From NCBI GenBank assembly GCA_965649825.1, contig OZ287701.1:485101-549100 (forward strand): a stretch of DNA of 64,000 nucleotides. Direction: 5' to 3'. The position numbers and the translations under genes are program-made. Below are positions 24,122 to 37,000 of the stretch, one piece after another (the first letter of the stretch is position 1; each line of letters opens with the position of its first letter). The DNA comes from Penicillus capitatus. Taxonomy: Eukaryota > Plantae > Chlorophyta. The notes under the pieces are model-generated. The model did not search any database and had not been told where the DNA came from. It was given only the letters and a program-made list of their open reading frames with translations.

Positions 24122-27100
24122 ATGGGTCGCAGTAAGCGTACAGTCGCTCGAAGAATACCACATGGTGGGTGCAGTGCATAAGGATGCATCTCAGAAAGGG
24201 TTAACTGATGGAAGGGACCTACAGAAGGGGGTAATACGGGCGCGATCACGATGGGACGTCTGGAGATCGACGCATTGCCGGGAATTGCTTTCCCAAGATC
24301 GCAATCGATGCCTTTAATGCCTTGCATTATGTATTAATGGGGATTGACTGGAGTCGTTGGCGTGACAGTGATCGACTGGCGCGATGGCAGGTCGTGGTCG
24401 CGGATTAGAAATGACAAAACCTGCGTGGATGACTGGTAAGGTCGAGGGAGATGGATGTGTCTGTGCTTCAATCCTGCCTCATGCATTGCAGAGCGCGACG
24501 GAGCAAATCTGGGCGCCGGAGCACAGACCCATGCCGTAGACACCTTCCTTTCTTCGTTCCTATCGTGCCACGATGTTGTGACTCTTCAGGTCGCTGCGGC
24601 GCCACACATCGTGGCAGGTGTGAGGCGAAAGGGCGAGAGCGTCGGAAGTGACGTTTGTTGTAGGTGCGGCTTTGCGTCAGGAATCGGATTGGTCAGAGCA
24701 CACAGCGGCAGACGGGCGTAAGTACTACTATAATCGCCGTACACGTGAGTCCCGATGGGAGAAGCCGAATGAAGAGCTCTCCCAAGAAGACCAGGAAGAG
24801 GAGGCGCAGAACTGGAAGGAATTTACGGCGGCTGATGGTCGAAAGTATTACTATAACAAAGTGACGAAGAAATCGAAATGGACGCTGCCTGAAGAGATTC
24901 TCAAAGCCAAAGCAGCTCTGGCTGTCAATGAACCGAAATCGGCGGCTCCAGTTCAAGTCGTGAAGCTATCGGAAAAACGGAAAGAGCGTGCGTCGGCGCA
25001 TCAGCCATCATCCGCCGCAAAGAGCGTCAGTGTCAAAAATGATTCCGCTGCCGAACGATCTCAGAATGAAGGAAAGAAAGTGTTCAAAGCGCTCTTGACG
25101 GCGGTGCATTGCAAACCGGGATGGACATGGGATCAAGTGATGCGTGCCACGGTGCACGATGCACGTTACGGAGCATTGAGTACGTTAGCCGAGAAGAAAT
25201 CGTGCTTTGAAGAGTATCTGGATGAGATGGAGCGCAAGAGAGAGGAGGAGGAGTTAGAACGAGACAGAGTCCATCGCGATGGTCTGATCGCTCTGTTAGA
25301 CGAGCATCCCGAGATCAACTACACCACAAGGTGAGATCTGTACGAAAGAGTAACCGATGGCAGTGTGACGGAGAGACGATGTGTGATGGAAAGGTATCAC
25401 AAGGCCAAAGAGATGATTGGAGAGGATCCCAGATGGACGGCAATGGACGAGGCCTACCGCGAAACCGTCTATCTGCGATTTCTAAAAGAGAAGCGCGATC
25501 GGATGCGAGAGGCCCGACGAGAGCATCGTGATGATAACATCCGAGCTTTCAAGCAGCTGCTCATGAAATACAAAGTCAAGGTAGGTGGCGTGTCTTCTCT
25601 GTGTGTTGGTGATGATAGAGAGGGAGTGGGTGCTAGATGACAACTCCCTATCGCAGAGCCTGTCACAAGCTTCAGGGATTGGATGATTACGAAGCGCTGG
25701 ATCGATTGGATCGACTGGAGGTGTACGAATCGTACATTCGTGAATTGGAGAAAGAATACTATGACCAAGCGGAGACAGTCGAGGCACAGGAGAAGCGACA
25801 GGCTCGCAAGAACCGAGATGCCTTCAAAGAGCTCATCCAACAGCATGTCCAGGACGGTCGTGTCAGTGCCAAGATGCGGTGAGATGAATGTCTGATGTGA
25901 CGTTTGTGTGAAAGAGTGAGGGATGGGTGTGTTTAGATGGAAAGAGTTTTATGCGATGGTGGCAAAGGATCCAGCTTACTTGGCTGTAGAAGGGAATAAA
26001 TTTGGCTCAAGGCCTCGTGAGCTGTTTGAAGATACCATCGAGAAGCTGGAGGAGGATTACGACAAAGACAGGGCGTTGATGAAAGAAGTGTATCGCGGCT
26101 CGACCATTGTCGTCACCACTTCCACCAAATTTGAAGAATTCAAGAGCGCGATGGAAGCAGAGGACGAGAGAATGAAAGAGGCATCGGAACAGAACGTGTA
26201 AGGTTCCCCGCAGGGACAGGGCTAAAGGGCGAGACATGGAATCGGATGTCTAGACGGATTATCTACAGCGAGCTGTTTGCAAAAGCAACAGAGAAGGAAG
26301 AAAGAGAACGACGGCGCAGGAAGAAGGCAAAGGAAGATTTTGCGGCACTTCTCAAGAAGAGCGGCCAAGTGACGGATGCCATGACATGGGAAGAGGCAAA
26401 GGAACTCTGTTCAGACCGCATCGACCCCAAGGTCTGTCGATCTTGTTGCGCCTGAGCCTGATCCACGTGCCTTCTTTGCAGTATGAGGCTGAATGCAAGG
26501 AGGCGTTGCAGGAATACCAGAAGAAGCAACGCAAGAAGGAAGAGCGGCGAAAGAAAAGAGTGAGAGATTATAAGCGTAAGAGACGGTGGATGGACATTGT
26601 GTGCAGGGGAATTTGCCTGGGAGTTCTTCTGGGGATGAAGTGCGCCCCTCGCGCTCGCACAGAAAGCGACACGGCAGTAGTAACTCAGATACAGATGTGC
26701 GAGAAAGACCGATTCGATCCGGAAAGTAAGCAGCTTTTCTCGCTGTGTGGGGTGATCTATGTCCGATTCCTGTTGGCAAAGGTATCGTTCCGATGAAGAC
26801 GTCAATCTGGAACGCGAGGCCAAGAGGTCCAAAAAAGAGAGACACAAAGAGAGGAAACGGCATAACGAGAAGAAATACAAACACGATGGCCATCGCAAAA
26901 AGTGAGAACCGAAGAGTGATGGATGCGACAGGCAGGGAATATTCGAATGGATCGCAGGCCCCGAACAAGACGATCGCGTTCCAGGACCCGTTCGCCGTCC
27001 AGCAGACCGTCTCAACAAGAGGAACCGCGTCCAGCCGAACGTGCCAAAGAACATCCAGAGAGGCATCCGCAGAAGGAGATGACCGGACGCGGTAACATCT

Positions 27101-27278
27101 CATCGTGTCTCCTGCCGAAGGTCCCATCCGCGATGTGCCTCGTACAGATGCCGAGAAGACATCGACCGAAGAAGAGGGCGAGGCGCGACAGACGCCTGCA
27201 GAGGAGGGAGAGACACGGATGACGCCTGCGGAAGAAGGCGAAGCTGTCGAGTCTCCGGCAGAAGAAGGAGAACTGTGA
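24122..27278 (+). CDS. PRP40: Pre-mRNA-processing factor 40 (WW + FF domains, RS-like tail)
   Basis: Two WW domains (DWSEHTAADGRKYYYNRRTRESRWEKP; NWKEFTAADGRKYYYNKVTKKSKWTLPEE), several FF repeats (VFKALL...WTWDQVMR...DARYGAL), an R/S-rich C-terminus and stop TGA at 27278. The start is uncertain (ATG at 24122 or 24411). Confidence 0.93.
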
Positions 27279-27448
27279 TCGCGTCTACGCGGCACGATGT
27301 CTGTCTATATAACGACAGAACAACCCAATCCGGCTGGCTTTGAATATTGTCCATTGTCCGGCGGTCGGCCGTTAAACAGTTTGCATATTTCACGAAAAGA
27401 TCATCTTTATGAAAACAGATGAAGCATTTCTGGTTACTCCCTGTCTTT

Positions 27449-28190
27449 TCACTTTCCCTTATCCTCATCGTCATTCGAATTTTCCTCGTTACCCGCCTCA
27501 TCGAGTTGATTCCACAGGCGTTCGAGGTCTTCCAAATCGAGTTCCGGGGCACAACCGCATGCCGGAGCCTCTGGAGGCATTCCATCCCCATCACATGTCA
27601 AAGGGGTATAGTCATCATCGCAGCGCGAGGCAATCGAGTTCCTGCATTGGACACACACCGTATGTGACATTCACTCTTCGCAGCATCTGGCACTTACAGT
27701 ATAAACACAGCAGGAGCTGTCAACTCATTGGAACAGAGGACCTCAGTGAGAGCCAGCAGACATTTTTGAGTGTACTGTCGAAAGCAGAGCAAGTGTGAAA
27801 TGGCAGGAGGCTGAAAAGGATGGCGTTACTTGAGCGAAGAGCTCCATGCATCCATCCACACAGCAGCCAGAGATAACGTTCAGTTCGCCGCGACATGGCA
27901 ACAATTGCAAAGGACTGAACTCGCCGCAGCTTTCTGGAATCTCAACCGTCAAAAGCCGAACGAGATCCGTCACTAGAAGCATCCAACACCGCTATGTGAG
28001 GAAGCTCGTGTCGTTGAGCGCTTACATTGCAGAGGCACATCTGCCGTAATTTGATTCTCCGGTCGGCATCTCTGCATGGGCATAGCCGTCAGGTCGGTGG
28101 GTAGCATGGGCGACGAGGCCGTACCTGAGCATTGGCCAGATGCGAAGATGTGAGCGTCAGACAGAGAAGCGCGATAAACAGAGGAGACAT
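27449..28190 (-). CDS. Small secreted cysteine-rich protein (5 exons), prolamin/8CM-like Cys spacing
   Basis: Hand-spliced: MSPLFIALLCLTLTSSHLANAQ/RCRPENQITADVPLQ/LTDLVRLLTVEIPESCGEFSPLQLLPCRGELNVISGCCVDGCMELFAQ/YTQKCLLALTEVLCSNELTAPAVFI/LNSIASRCDDDYTPLTCDGDGMPPEAPACGCAPELDLEDLERLWNQLDEAGNEENSNDDEDKGK*. All four introns are GT-AG and in frame; clear signal peptide. Confidence 0.8.
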
Positions 28191-28484
28191 ATTGGCGAAA
28201 TGGCGCTCTTGGGAACGAGGGCGATTAAATAGTAGAAAAGTTCACAGAGGAATTCCCAGAGTTCAGGGGACGTACACAACCGACCGCGTATGAGTTAATG
28301 GGAACGCGGACGGAACAGACGGTTAGAGCCGCACTTTCCCGCGGACGCTCCAGCGACACGTCGCTCTGTTAAAGAAGGAACAACAGACATACGACCTGTT
28401 GTGTGAAATTCTGTTTAACAGGATTTCTGCCCTGCCCTTTTGCGAACATCATCTCAGTCGTCGATTCACACAGTCTCCTGCGCT

Positions 28485-31400
28485 ATGTATCGTTTGTCGC
28501 TATTTCTCTGTTGCCTTCTGGCGCTTCTGGTCTTGAGCTTTGGTCAGACCAGGCAACGTTCGCAAGTGACTTTTGGAAGGACGGACCGTTCGACCTCATG
28601 CACTATCGAGATGGTGGGAACGAAAGCAACACGGAGACGGGAAGCCACGATTACGGCACGTGTTGTCTGTGATGAGAGGACACTCTATGACCAAGAGCTT
28701 CCCCTTACGGAGCTCGACGAAACGCCACTCGATCACGTTAGCGCACGAAATGCTCGTCGGATGGTCTCATGTTGGGAATGGTTAGGGGATCCGTCTGTTC
28801 GCAGAGACATCCTTCGGAATGGCTTACGTGTACATGGGAGAAGAGACCGATGCCAATTTGGTCGGATCACTCTTTCGACGTCTTCCAGAATTTGGATCCG
28901 GTGAAATGGCTGCGCCACTGGTGATCACAGATGCGAATCTCGACATCACGAACGTTACATTCATGAACAATCAAGCCGCTTATCGAAGCGGAGCCATGAT
29001 CGTGTCCGGATCATCCAACGTCGATTTGCTCAATGTACGATCACATAGCACTGCACGAGAGATGAAGCGTGTGCGATCTGTAGTGTATCTTTTCTGGCAA
29101 CGTCGGAGAAGAAGGGGCATTACATGTGACGGAATCTGCACGCGTCGATGTGGACGTCTCGTACTTTGAGTTGAACAATGGTACGGAAGTGGGTGCGATC
29201 AAGATCGACGGTCGATCTGTGGCCAGTGTGTCCGAGTGTGCGTTTCGTGCCGATTACGGATCGGAGATGGCCAATGAGATATATGTGACGGACGATGCCA
29301 CCGCCATCATCGATGAGAGTTCGATCGATGGAGAAGACGCAGGATCGGATTTCGATGCATTTCTAAAAGATCCCAGTCGACCCGAGAGCGACGCTGAGAA
29401 CTTCGCACTTCCGATCGCCGCCATCGCCGCCGTCAGCGGGAAATCGACCGTTCTCTTCTCCGATTCCTCCGTCGGTGGACACGTCGGTCGTTTTGGAGCG
29501 ATCTACGTTACAGGCGCACCAGTTTTTCAAGCACTGAGGACAGAATTCTCGGGAAATCGGGGCGTAACGGGCGGCGGTCTGTTTGTGAATTCGCAAAGAG
29601 CAGGCTATGCTCGAGTGATGGAATGCACCTTTAAGGGCAACACAGCACGCAATGGCGGCGGTCTCGTCTTCGCAGGTATCTTTCTCAATGCCGATTCGTC
29701 GACCATAACTCAGCAACTTCTGTCGCGTCAGGCAACGGCACCTACGTCATTGACGAGTGCACCTTCAAGAACAACACAGCTCTGAATGGAGGTGCCGTGT
29801 GGGGAGACTATTCCGAAGATAACGGATGTCCCAGAGGATCGGCCGGATCAAGAATTACCATACAGGATAGCACGTGCGTTCTCCAAAACCTAACCGTTTC
29901 TATTCTCACCCCATCACACAGATTCGCGCAGAATATGGCGATCCAGAGTGGCGGTGCATTTTTTATTCGATGTACCGATATCTACGCAGAGGACTCCGTG
30001 TTCCGCCAGAACAGAGCAATGGATGGCGACGGTGGATTCGTCAACGCAGGCAGTACCTTTGATCTCCGATTCAGTGGCTGCGATTTCGATCAGAACACAG
30101 CAAGTGAGCAGCTCGTTTTTAGACTGGTGTGTTTTCTTAACTGAGTGCAACAGGTGGCAACGGCGGTGCGATTTATGTGGAGGACATGCATGATATCGTG
30201 TCTGACGCTTGCACATGGACAGGCAACAGAGCTGGTCGCAATGGCGGTGCGATTGCTTCGATTAACGGCAATGAGATTCTGTTTAAGAATTCGGAACTGC
30301 GTAAGAGTTTCAGTGGAAAACACGGAGGCGGTGTTTTCGGATCCAATCTCAAGAGAATCAAGTTTCGAGACACATCTACGGAACGGAACGAGGCGGGAGG
30401 TCGCGGTGGGGTTATTTCTGGATCCAATGTGTCGGAGTTTCGATGGCGCGATGTTATCGCCAAGATGAACCGGGCGGCGATCGCGGCGGCGATCGATATC
30501 AACGGTGGCGATCTTTTTGAAGTGAAGCAAATGCAGTTTCCAGATCACAAGGCGACGACCGGAGACGCTGGTGCTATTCAGCTGAACGGCGTGCAGAATA
30601 TTACGATCAGAGATGTGGATTTCTTGCAGAACGAGGCTGCCAAATCGTGCGGCGCGTTTTCGATCCGCCGAGCGACGAATGTGATCATCTCCGACGCGTT
30701 AGTGGAAGCGAACGTCGGTAAGAGAGGTGGTGCTGTCTGTTTGGATGACGTCGATCGCGTCGATCTGTCGTCGATTCGATTCGACTCGAACATCGCCGAA
30801 AACGGAGATGGAGGTGCACTCTACGCGAATGCATCCCGATCCGTTTCATTAAGTGACGTCGTTTTCATAAACAATAATGCCAGCAGATCGGGAGGCGCTC
30901 TATCGATTGCCGATGCCGGAGATGTCGAAATGATGGGATGTTTTGTCGAGTCGAATCGAGCCAACGATGGCGATGGTGGGGCGATCAACTTGAACGGAGG
31001 CCAGTCTCTGTCGATGACAAACGTCACGCTTCTCGAGAACGAAGCCAGCGAATCGGGCGGCGCCTTGTCGCTTGCCGATGCCGGAGATGTCGAAATGATG
31101 GGATGCGTCATCGAATCGAATCGAGCCAACGATGGCGATGGTGGGGCGATCAACTTGAAAGGAGGCCAGTCTCTGTCGCTGACAAATATCACACTTATCG
31201 AGAACAAAGCCGTCGGATCGGGAGGTGCCTTGTCGATTGCTGATGCCGGAGATGTCGGAATGATCGGATGCGTCATCGAATCGAATCGAGCCAGCAATGG
31301 CGATGGCGGCGCGTTTCATTTCAATAGAGGTCAGTCTCTGTCGATGACAAACGTCACGCTTCTCGAGAACGAAGCCAGCGAATCGGGCGGCGCCTTGTCG

Positions 31401-32466
31401 CTTGCCGATGCCGGAGATGTCGAAATGATAGGATGTTTTGTCGAGTCGAATCGAGCCAACGATGGCGATGGTGGGGCGATCAACTTGAAAGGAGGCCAGT
31501 CTCTGTCGATGACAAACATCACGCTTCTCAAGAATAACGCCAGTGGATCGGGTGGTTCTGTGGCATTGACAAATTTAGGATCAGCTTCTTTGGAGGAGAC
31601 GAAGGTCATGAACTCGACAGCGCCTTTCTCTGCCGGCGGCCTCTTGGCCGACAATGTCGCCAAAATGACACTGAACGGATCGTCCTTTTCACGATGTGTT
31701 TCGCGCGATGGTGGAGCTGCCTACTTTAAAGGCTTTTCTGAAATCGAAGGCCAAAACATATCCTTTGAACTCAACTCAGCCGAAAACGGAGGAGGCGCGT
31801 TTCTCTGCAGACGTAAGCCACTTCGATTGACAACATTCGATCACTAATCGGAATGCGTAGAGCAAACGAAGGTGGACCTGAAAGGGAGCCATTTCTATCA
31901 CAACGCAGCTCGCGATGGATCGACCCTCAATGCAGACTGCAATTGTCAAGTGGATATTCAAGATTCCGAGATCTATCGAGATGAAGATCGACCGAATAAT
32001 GGAGATTTCTTCAAGACCAATCGATACTGTAGCAGCGTCTCTACTTTGGGAAACAATTTCTTTGGCCGTCCCGAGAACACCGACACGGAATGGTATGAAT
32101 GGTTGGCGATTATCGGCGGTGCAGTCCTCGGCTTCCTTCTCCTGTCCCTTTGCTTTTGCCTTTGGCGACGACGAAGGGCTGCCACTAAAGGAACTAAGCG
32201 AATGAAATCGGACATTGAAAGTCAAGCCGATGCAAAGGTGCAGCAAACACAGCACTAGAATTGACATAGATGACTAAAAGGGGATGGTACAGGGCGAAGA
32301 TGGAGAGAGTGAGGAAGATGCAAGTGATGAAGAAGAGGACAGCGATGAAGAGTACGAAACTGATGATGGGGATACGAGGTAAGCTCTTCTCGTGTCGCAC
32401 TCTTTTTACGAGATCTTATGTTTTAGTTCGGATGGAGATGAAGATGAACGCCGAAGAAGAGAATGA
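28485..32466 (+). CDS. Type I membrane protein with Pmp-like (GGA / FxxN) right-handed beta-helix ectodomain
   Basis: Signal peptide MYRLSLFLCCLLALLVLSFG. Dozens of F/VxxN...GGA[I/L/V] motifs (ORFs 29126-29785 and 30177-31847). A single TM helix (WLAIIGGAVLGFLLLSLCFCLW-RRRR) and an acidic cytoplasmic tail (GEDGESEEDASDEEEDSDEE...). Multiple GT-AG introns. Confidence 0.85.
30891..31550 (+). repeat. Coding tandem repeat, 4 x 165 bp (55 aa)
   Basis: Unit GGALS[I/L]ADAGDVEMMGCxxESNRANDGDGGAINLxGGQSLSMTNVTLLENEASES starts at 30891, 31056, 31221 and 31386. Confidence 0.95.
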
Positions 32467-34009
32467 GACAACGTGATCACCACGAATTGTCAGTCTGTTG
32501 TTCACAAACTTCAAAATCAAGCATCACCAAGAGGAGCATTATAAAAGCATAAAGGATCAGCACTGTGGTACTGACCTGATGCGTATGAATCATGATGATC
32601 ATATCGTTAGTCAAGCATTCAGATACTCATGCTACGACGATCTGTCCGGTGGCACCTTATGACAGATAACCGATAGAATACGTGAAAACCGAACGGTGTA
32701 CATTTTGTGCCGATTTGGAATCGTAGATTTTGCATGGAAATTGAAGAGTGTCACCGTCCTTTCGTTAAGATCAGCACACGATGAGGTGTTTCTAACCATC
32801 AGCGCTGGAATGATAGGTTTCGATTCGAATTCGATGCGATTCGTCAACGAGCATCAGACTCCGGACATCGAGATCATATCGCTATCTCGTAAGTCCATGA
32901 TCGATTGCCATCGCACATCGCCAGCAGGTATTGCTCTCTCTGGCGGCGCATTACTTAAATCGGCGGCACATGCGTTTTCTTTGAGTAAAGGCATTGAGGA
33001 AAAGTTACGTCATTATGACAAGCCACTGGGTCCTACCTATCATTTCATCCGTCACATCGCAACAGCTGCACTCCGTCGATTGCGAAGCGACGCGTCTATG
33101 TCTGTGATACAGCCGCATATTCTTTTCTGCCGAAATGGGAAGGCAGTGTTCTACGTCGAATGCGAGATCGATCGAGAGGCCGATAAGCGAAAAACGTGGA
33201 GTGACGCGTTTTGGTATCTTCTGTCGACAGTGTTCTACCGCCTGTTTTCTTTTTCGATCCCTCTCCCGCGTTTCCATTCTACTCGGCAATTCTGTAGCAT
33301 CGATTAGGAAAGCCGAGTGCCTCAAGGATGGAGAAGCAATCTGCGTGATCACTGTTCACGACGAAAAGCGATGCGACGTGCTCATGCCTGTAGAGTCTCG
33401 TTCGGTGCATCAGAGAAGAAGAAATTCCAAAACAGAGATTCCAATTCAGCACACCTCTGCAGATACAAAGCCCGGATTCTCGTCCAACCATACGAAATAG
33501 GAATCCGATCGCTGTCTCCATGCTGACACGTAGTAGATCGTTTCGACAACAGTGTCGCGATTTGTATCCATCCATGCACCCGACTCAATTCTGTACGGAA
33601 ATTCAGCCCAGTCGGTGCTTTATTCTTCGACGGAATGCATTTGACATGTAGCCAAATGATAACTAGTAAGTAGACATCTACCAAACTACGTCACGTCCAT
33701 CGATCGTGAAGATGCTCTCTCTACAGTACGATGCTGTACAAGGACGTGATCTGATATCATGCAGGGTGTTTGTTCATCCTGTGCAGCAAGGTCAAGCGCC
33801 AAGGGACATTGTCGGCGATTGAAATCTGCCCAGAGCCTTTTCTTCTTTTTTCGCACAATACGTCTGCCCGGTATGTTATGTACACTCGAGTCACAATCTT
33901 CATTTAGAAAGTCCATCGCGCTTGATCGCTGACTTCATTTCCTGACCCCGACGCGGACGATACCTTGCACGCGTTGCAATTTCTACCTGCGTTGTCTTTC
34001 TCAACGATC

Positions 34010-37000
34010 ATGAAACACACATTTCTCTACGCATGCATGTGGTTTCTGGTTCAAGGACCTCATCGGTCCGCTGGTATCCGCGGTGCGTTGCGCGATCGTC
34101 CCACGTTAACCACTCAAACTGAGCTATCCTATCAGATGTGGACACCCTTAGCCTATCGAGCTCCTTTATCCAGCACGAAACTACGGTACGCTCTCCGCTG
34201 TTCGGCACCGGATAACTGTGCTGACTGACTATTCGAACAGTATGGCGATAAACAGCTGACGGGTGAGGCTCTCCCTTGCCTAACCAGCGCAGCGAGGGCG
34301 TCTCGTTTGGACGGGGAACACGGTGTCGGTATCCCAAGCAACAAGGCAGAATCGCTAATTGCGGTACGAGAATCGTAGCACTGAAGCGATCGTACGAGGT
34401 TTGCTTCGTAAAGGACGCGAGTCCTGTGTTGAGAAAGAGATTTCCGTACGCATGCAGCCTGAGAAGAGACGGCAGCGAAGAACATGTCTGTGGTGGCGTC
34501 CTTGTCGATGAACGATGGGTCCTGACGGCGGCACACTGTCTATGGAACAAAGCGAAGAACGGACTCGGCCACAACGCCCTTGTCCATTGCAGCATCGACG
34601 CGATCGACACGGACGATCCAGCAAGCGTAAGGAGAACTGCAACAACAGATACATAACACAAACGCTCAGCTGTACCGTTGCAGTTTTATAGGTCGACGCG
34701 AGCATACTGGCCGCGAGAGTGGGATGGCGATTTCGAGCATGGATACGACGTCGGATTGGTGCGGTTGGACAGAAGACTTCCTCTCGAGAGACCACGGGTT
34801 GACAGAACGGAACACCGACTTCGGACGAACGATCTCCTGATAGCGGCAGTCTGGGGCTCGCAGGAGGAAAACAGCACTGCGAGTGCGCCGCAGTCAGCTG
34901 CGAAGTTTCCTTTCCTTTCCGTGAGTCCATGCGAAGAGAAATTCGAAACGAGACTCGAAGACTCCGTGATTTGCGCCGAGTCCGTCGGCAGAAACTCCTG
35001 TCGGGGTGGGCGATCGTCTGTCAGACTGTTTCGCGCCTTCCGTTGCTTTCGTGTCCTTAGGTGATTCAGGCTGGCCGTTGCTGATACCGCACGTACCTAA
35101 GGGTAACATTGCTCAGGGAAGTCCACATCGCGACCTTCTCATCGGAATCTCGTCGCTTTGCCCCGATGCGCGTCATGCGGAAACGCTTTCCATATACACG
35201 CGTGTGTCCGCTTTCTGGGAGTGGATTGACCAAACGATAAGAACAGAAACAGAGGTAAGCTGCCACCTTCGCTGGACCTCCCTTGCGTTCTCGCGTTCGC
35301 GCCCGCCTTCCGTTTTTCGCACTGTCGGGCGATCGACACAAACTGACCCGTCGCCATCCGCGTCGTTTTGATGGACTATTCGGTCACGTGCAAGAGATTG
35401 ATTGATCTCTTGTCTCGTGATCATAGATATCGGGCTGTCTTAACGGGAAGAAGAAGGAAGACCTCGCGGCGTCGCATGAGAGAAACGAAAAAACACTGCG
35501 AGGACGGCGACGCTGGGTAAAACGGCGACGAGAAAGCTCCCCCGTTCATAGATTAGTGTCGACAGGATGTGATGAGATCTGTCCGAAAGGAAGAAAGCTG
35601 GAAGGACAGAGATGCCATCGACGACGGGCTCTTGCCGAGTGCAACGTCCGATGACGACCTAAGACAAAAATCCCTCTTGCGTGGCTCGTCAATGCTTCAT
35701 CGGACAACGGTTTTCGACGCGGTAGACAGTATCGAGGTAATTCTCGTTGCAGAGCAATTCGAGAGATAATTTGGCGTGCATAAACAGTCGCATACCAATA
35801 GCGAGACGAACGACGTCGCCGTCGACAAGCAGGGGAAATCTCCATTGCATGTTCAAACCGAGAGGCTCGACGACGCGTTGGAAGCTGCAGAGGTAATTAT
35901 ACCCATGTGTGTCTTATCTAATAGTGTATTTGCCACAAGGCGCTCCTCGATCACGGGGGTGACATCAATGTTGCCGATGTTGATGGTGGCTATCCGTTGC
36001 ACCTTGCCGCTCGCCAAGGACATCTACAGATCATGAAGGCGAGTGTCGATTCCATTCGCACACCTATCTCTAAGAGCAACGAGTAGTTGCTGATATCTGC
36101 CGGCGCGGATATCAATGCAAGAGCAGCCAACAGAGATACACCGTTGCATGAGGCTGTCGCTAACAGGCACGATGCCGTCGTGGAGGTAAAACCGATTTCT
36201 TGCTGCGCAAAATATTCAACATCCAAACAGATGCTTCTGCTGAGAGGGGCAGATGTCAACGCTGTCGGGGAGAACGGTTGGACAGCGCTTCATCACGCTG
36301 CCCGTGCTGGACTTCTGGAGATCGCTGCAGTAAACGCTCTTCGAATCACCTTTTATGTATCGATGCGCATCGTTGGCAGGCGCTCCTCAATCATGAAGCC
36401 AAGGTCGACATTGCTTCGCATGACGGCTGGACTCCGCTTCACTATGCAACCCGTTACGGATTCGAGTATCTTACCAAAGTGACTGAATACTGATCTGCGA
36501 TTTCCTGCGCTCAAGATGCCTCACAGGAATTTCTTAAATATGGAGCCGATGCTAATGCCGCTAATGGCGAAAGGTGGACGCCGCTTCACATGGCGTCGCG
36601 ATATGGACACTCCCAGATCGTCAGAGTAAAACTCGCAATCTGTTCCAAGGTTCTGCTCTGGATGGATATGCACTTGCAGGTTCTTCTCGATAAAGGGGTA
36701 GATGTCTCTGTCGGCAACGGCAAAGGATGGACAGCACTTCACATTGCGTCACGTCGTGGCTATGTCGAAATTGTTCAGGTATAAACGCCTCACTCTCCTA
36801 AGTCCTCCGCTGAATCGATGTATCATTTCAGCAACTCTTAGACAATGGGGCGGCTGTTGACGCCGTCAATGACGAAGAATGGACTGCTCTGCACGAGGCA
36901 TCCCGTCATGGACACGACGATATCGTCAGAGTAAACCTCAGACCTTCTAACAACGCTCTCCAATGTAGAGCACACCCACGTGCTCGCAGATTCTCCTTGA

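Noticed and set aside
32696-33307. 203-aa plus-strand ORF
   Set aside because: It has a GTG start, no domain or compositional signal and no supporting splice structure. Exon-like pieces on the opposite strand are at least as plausible.
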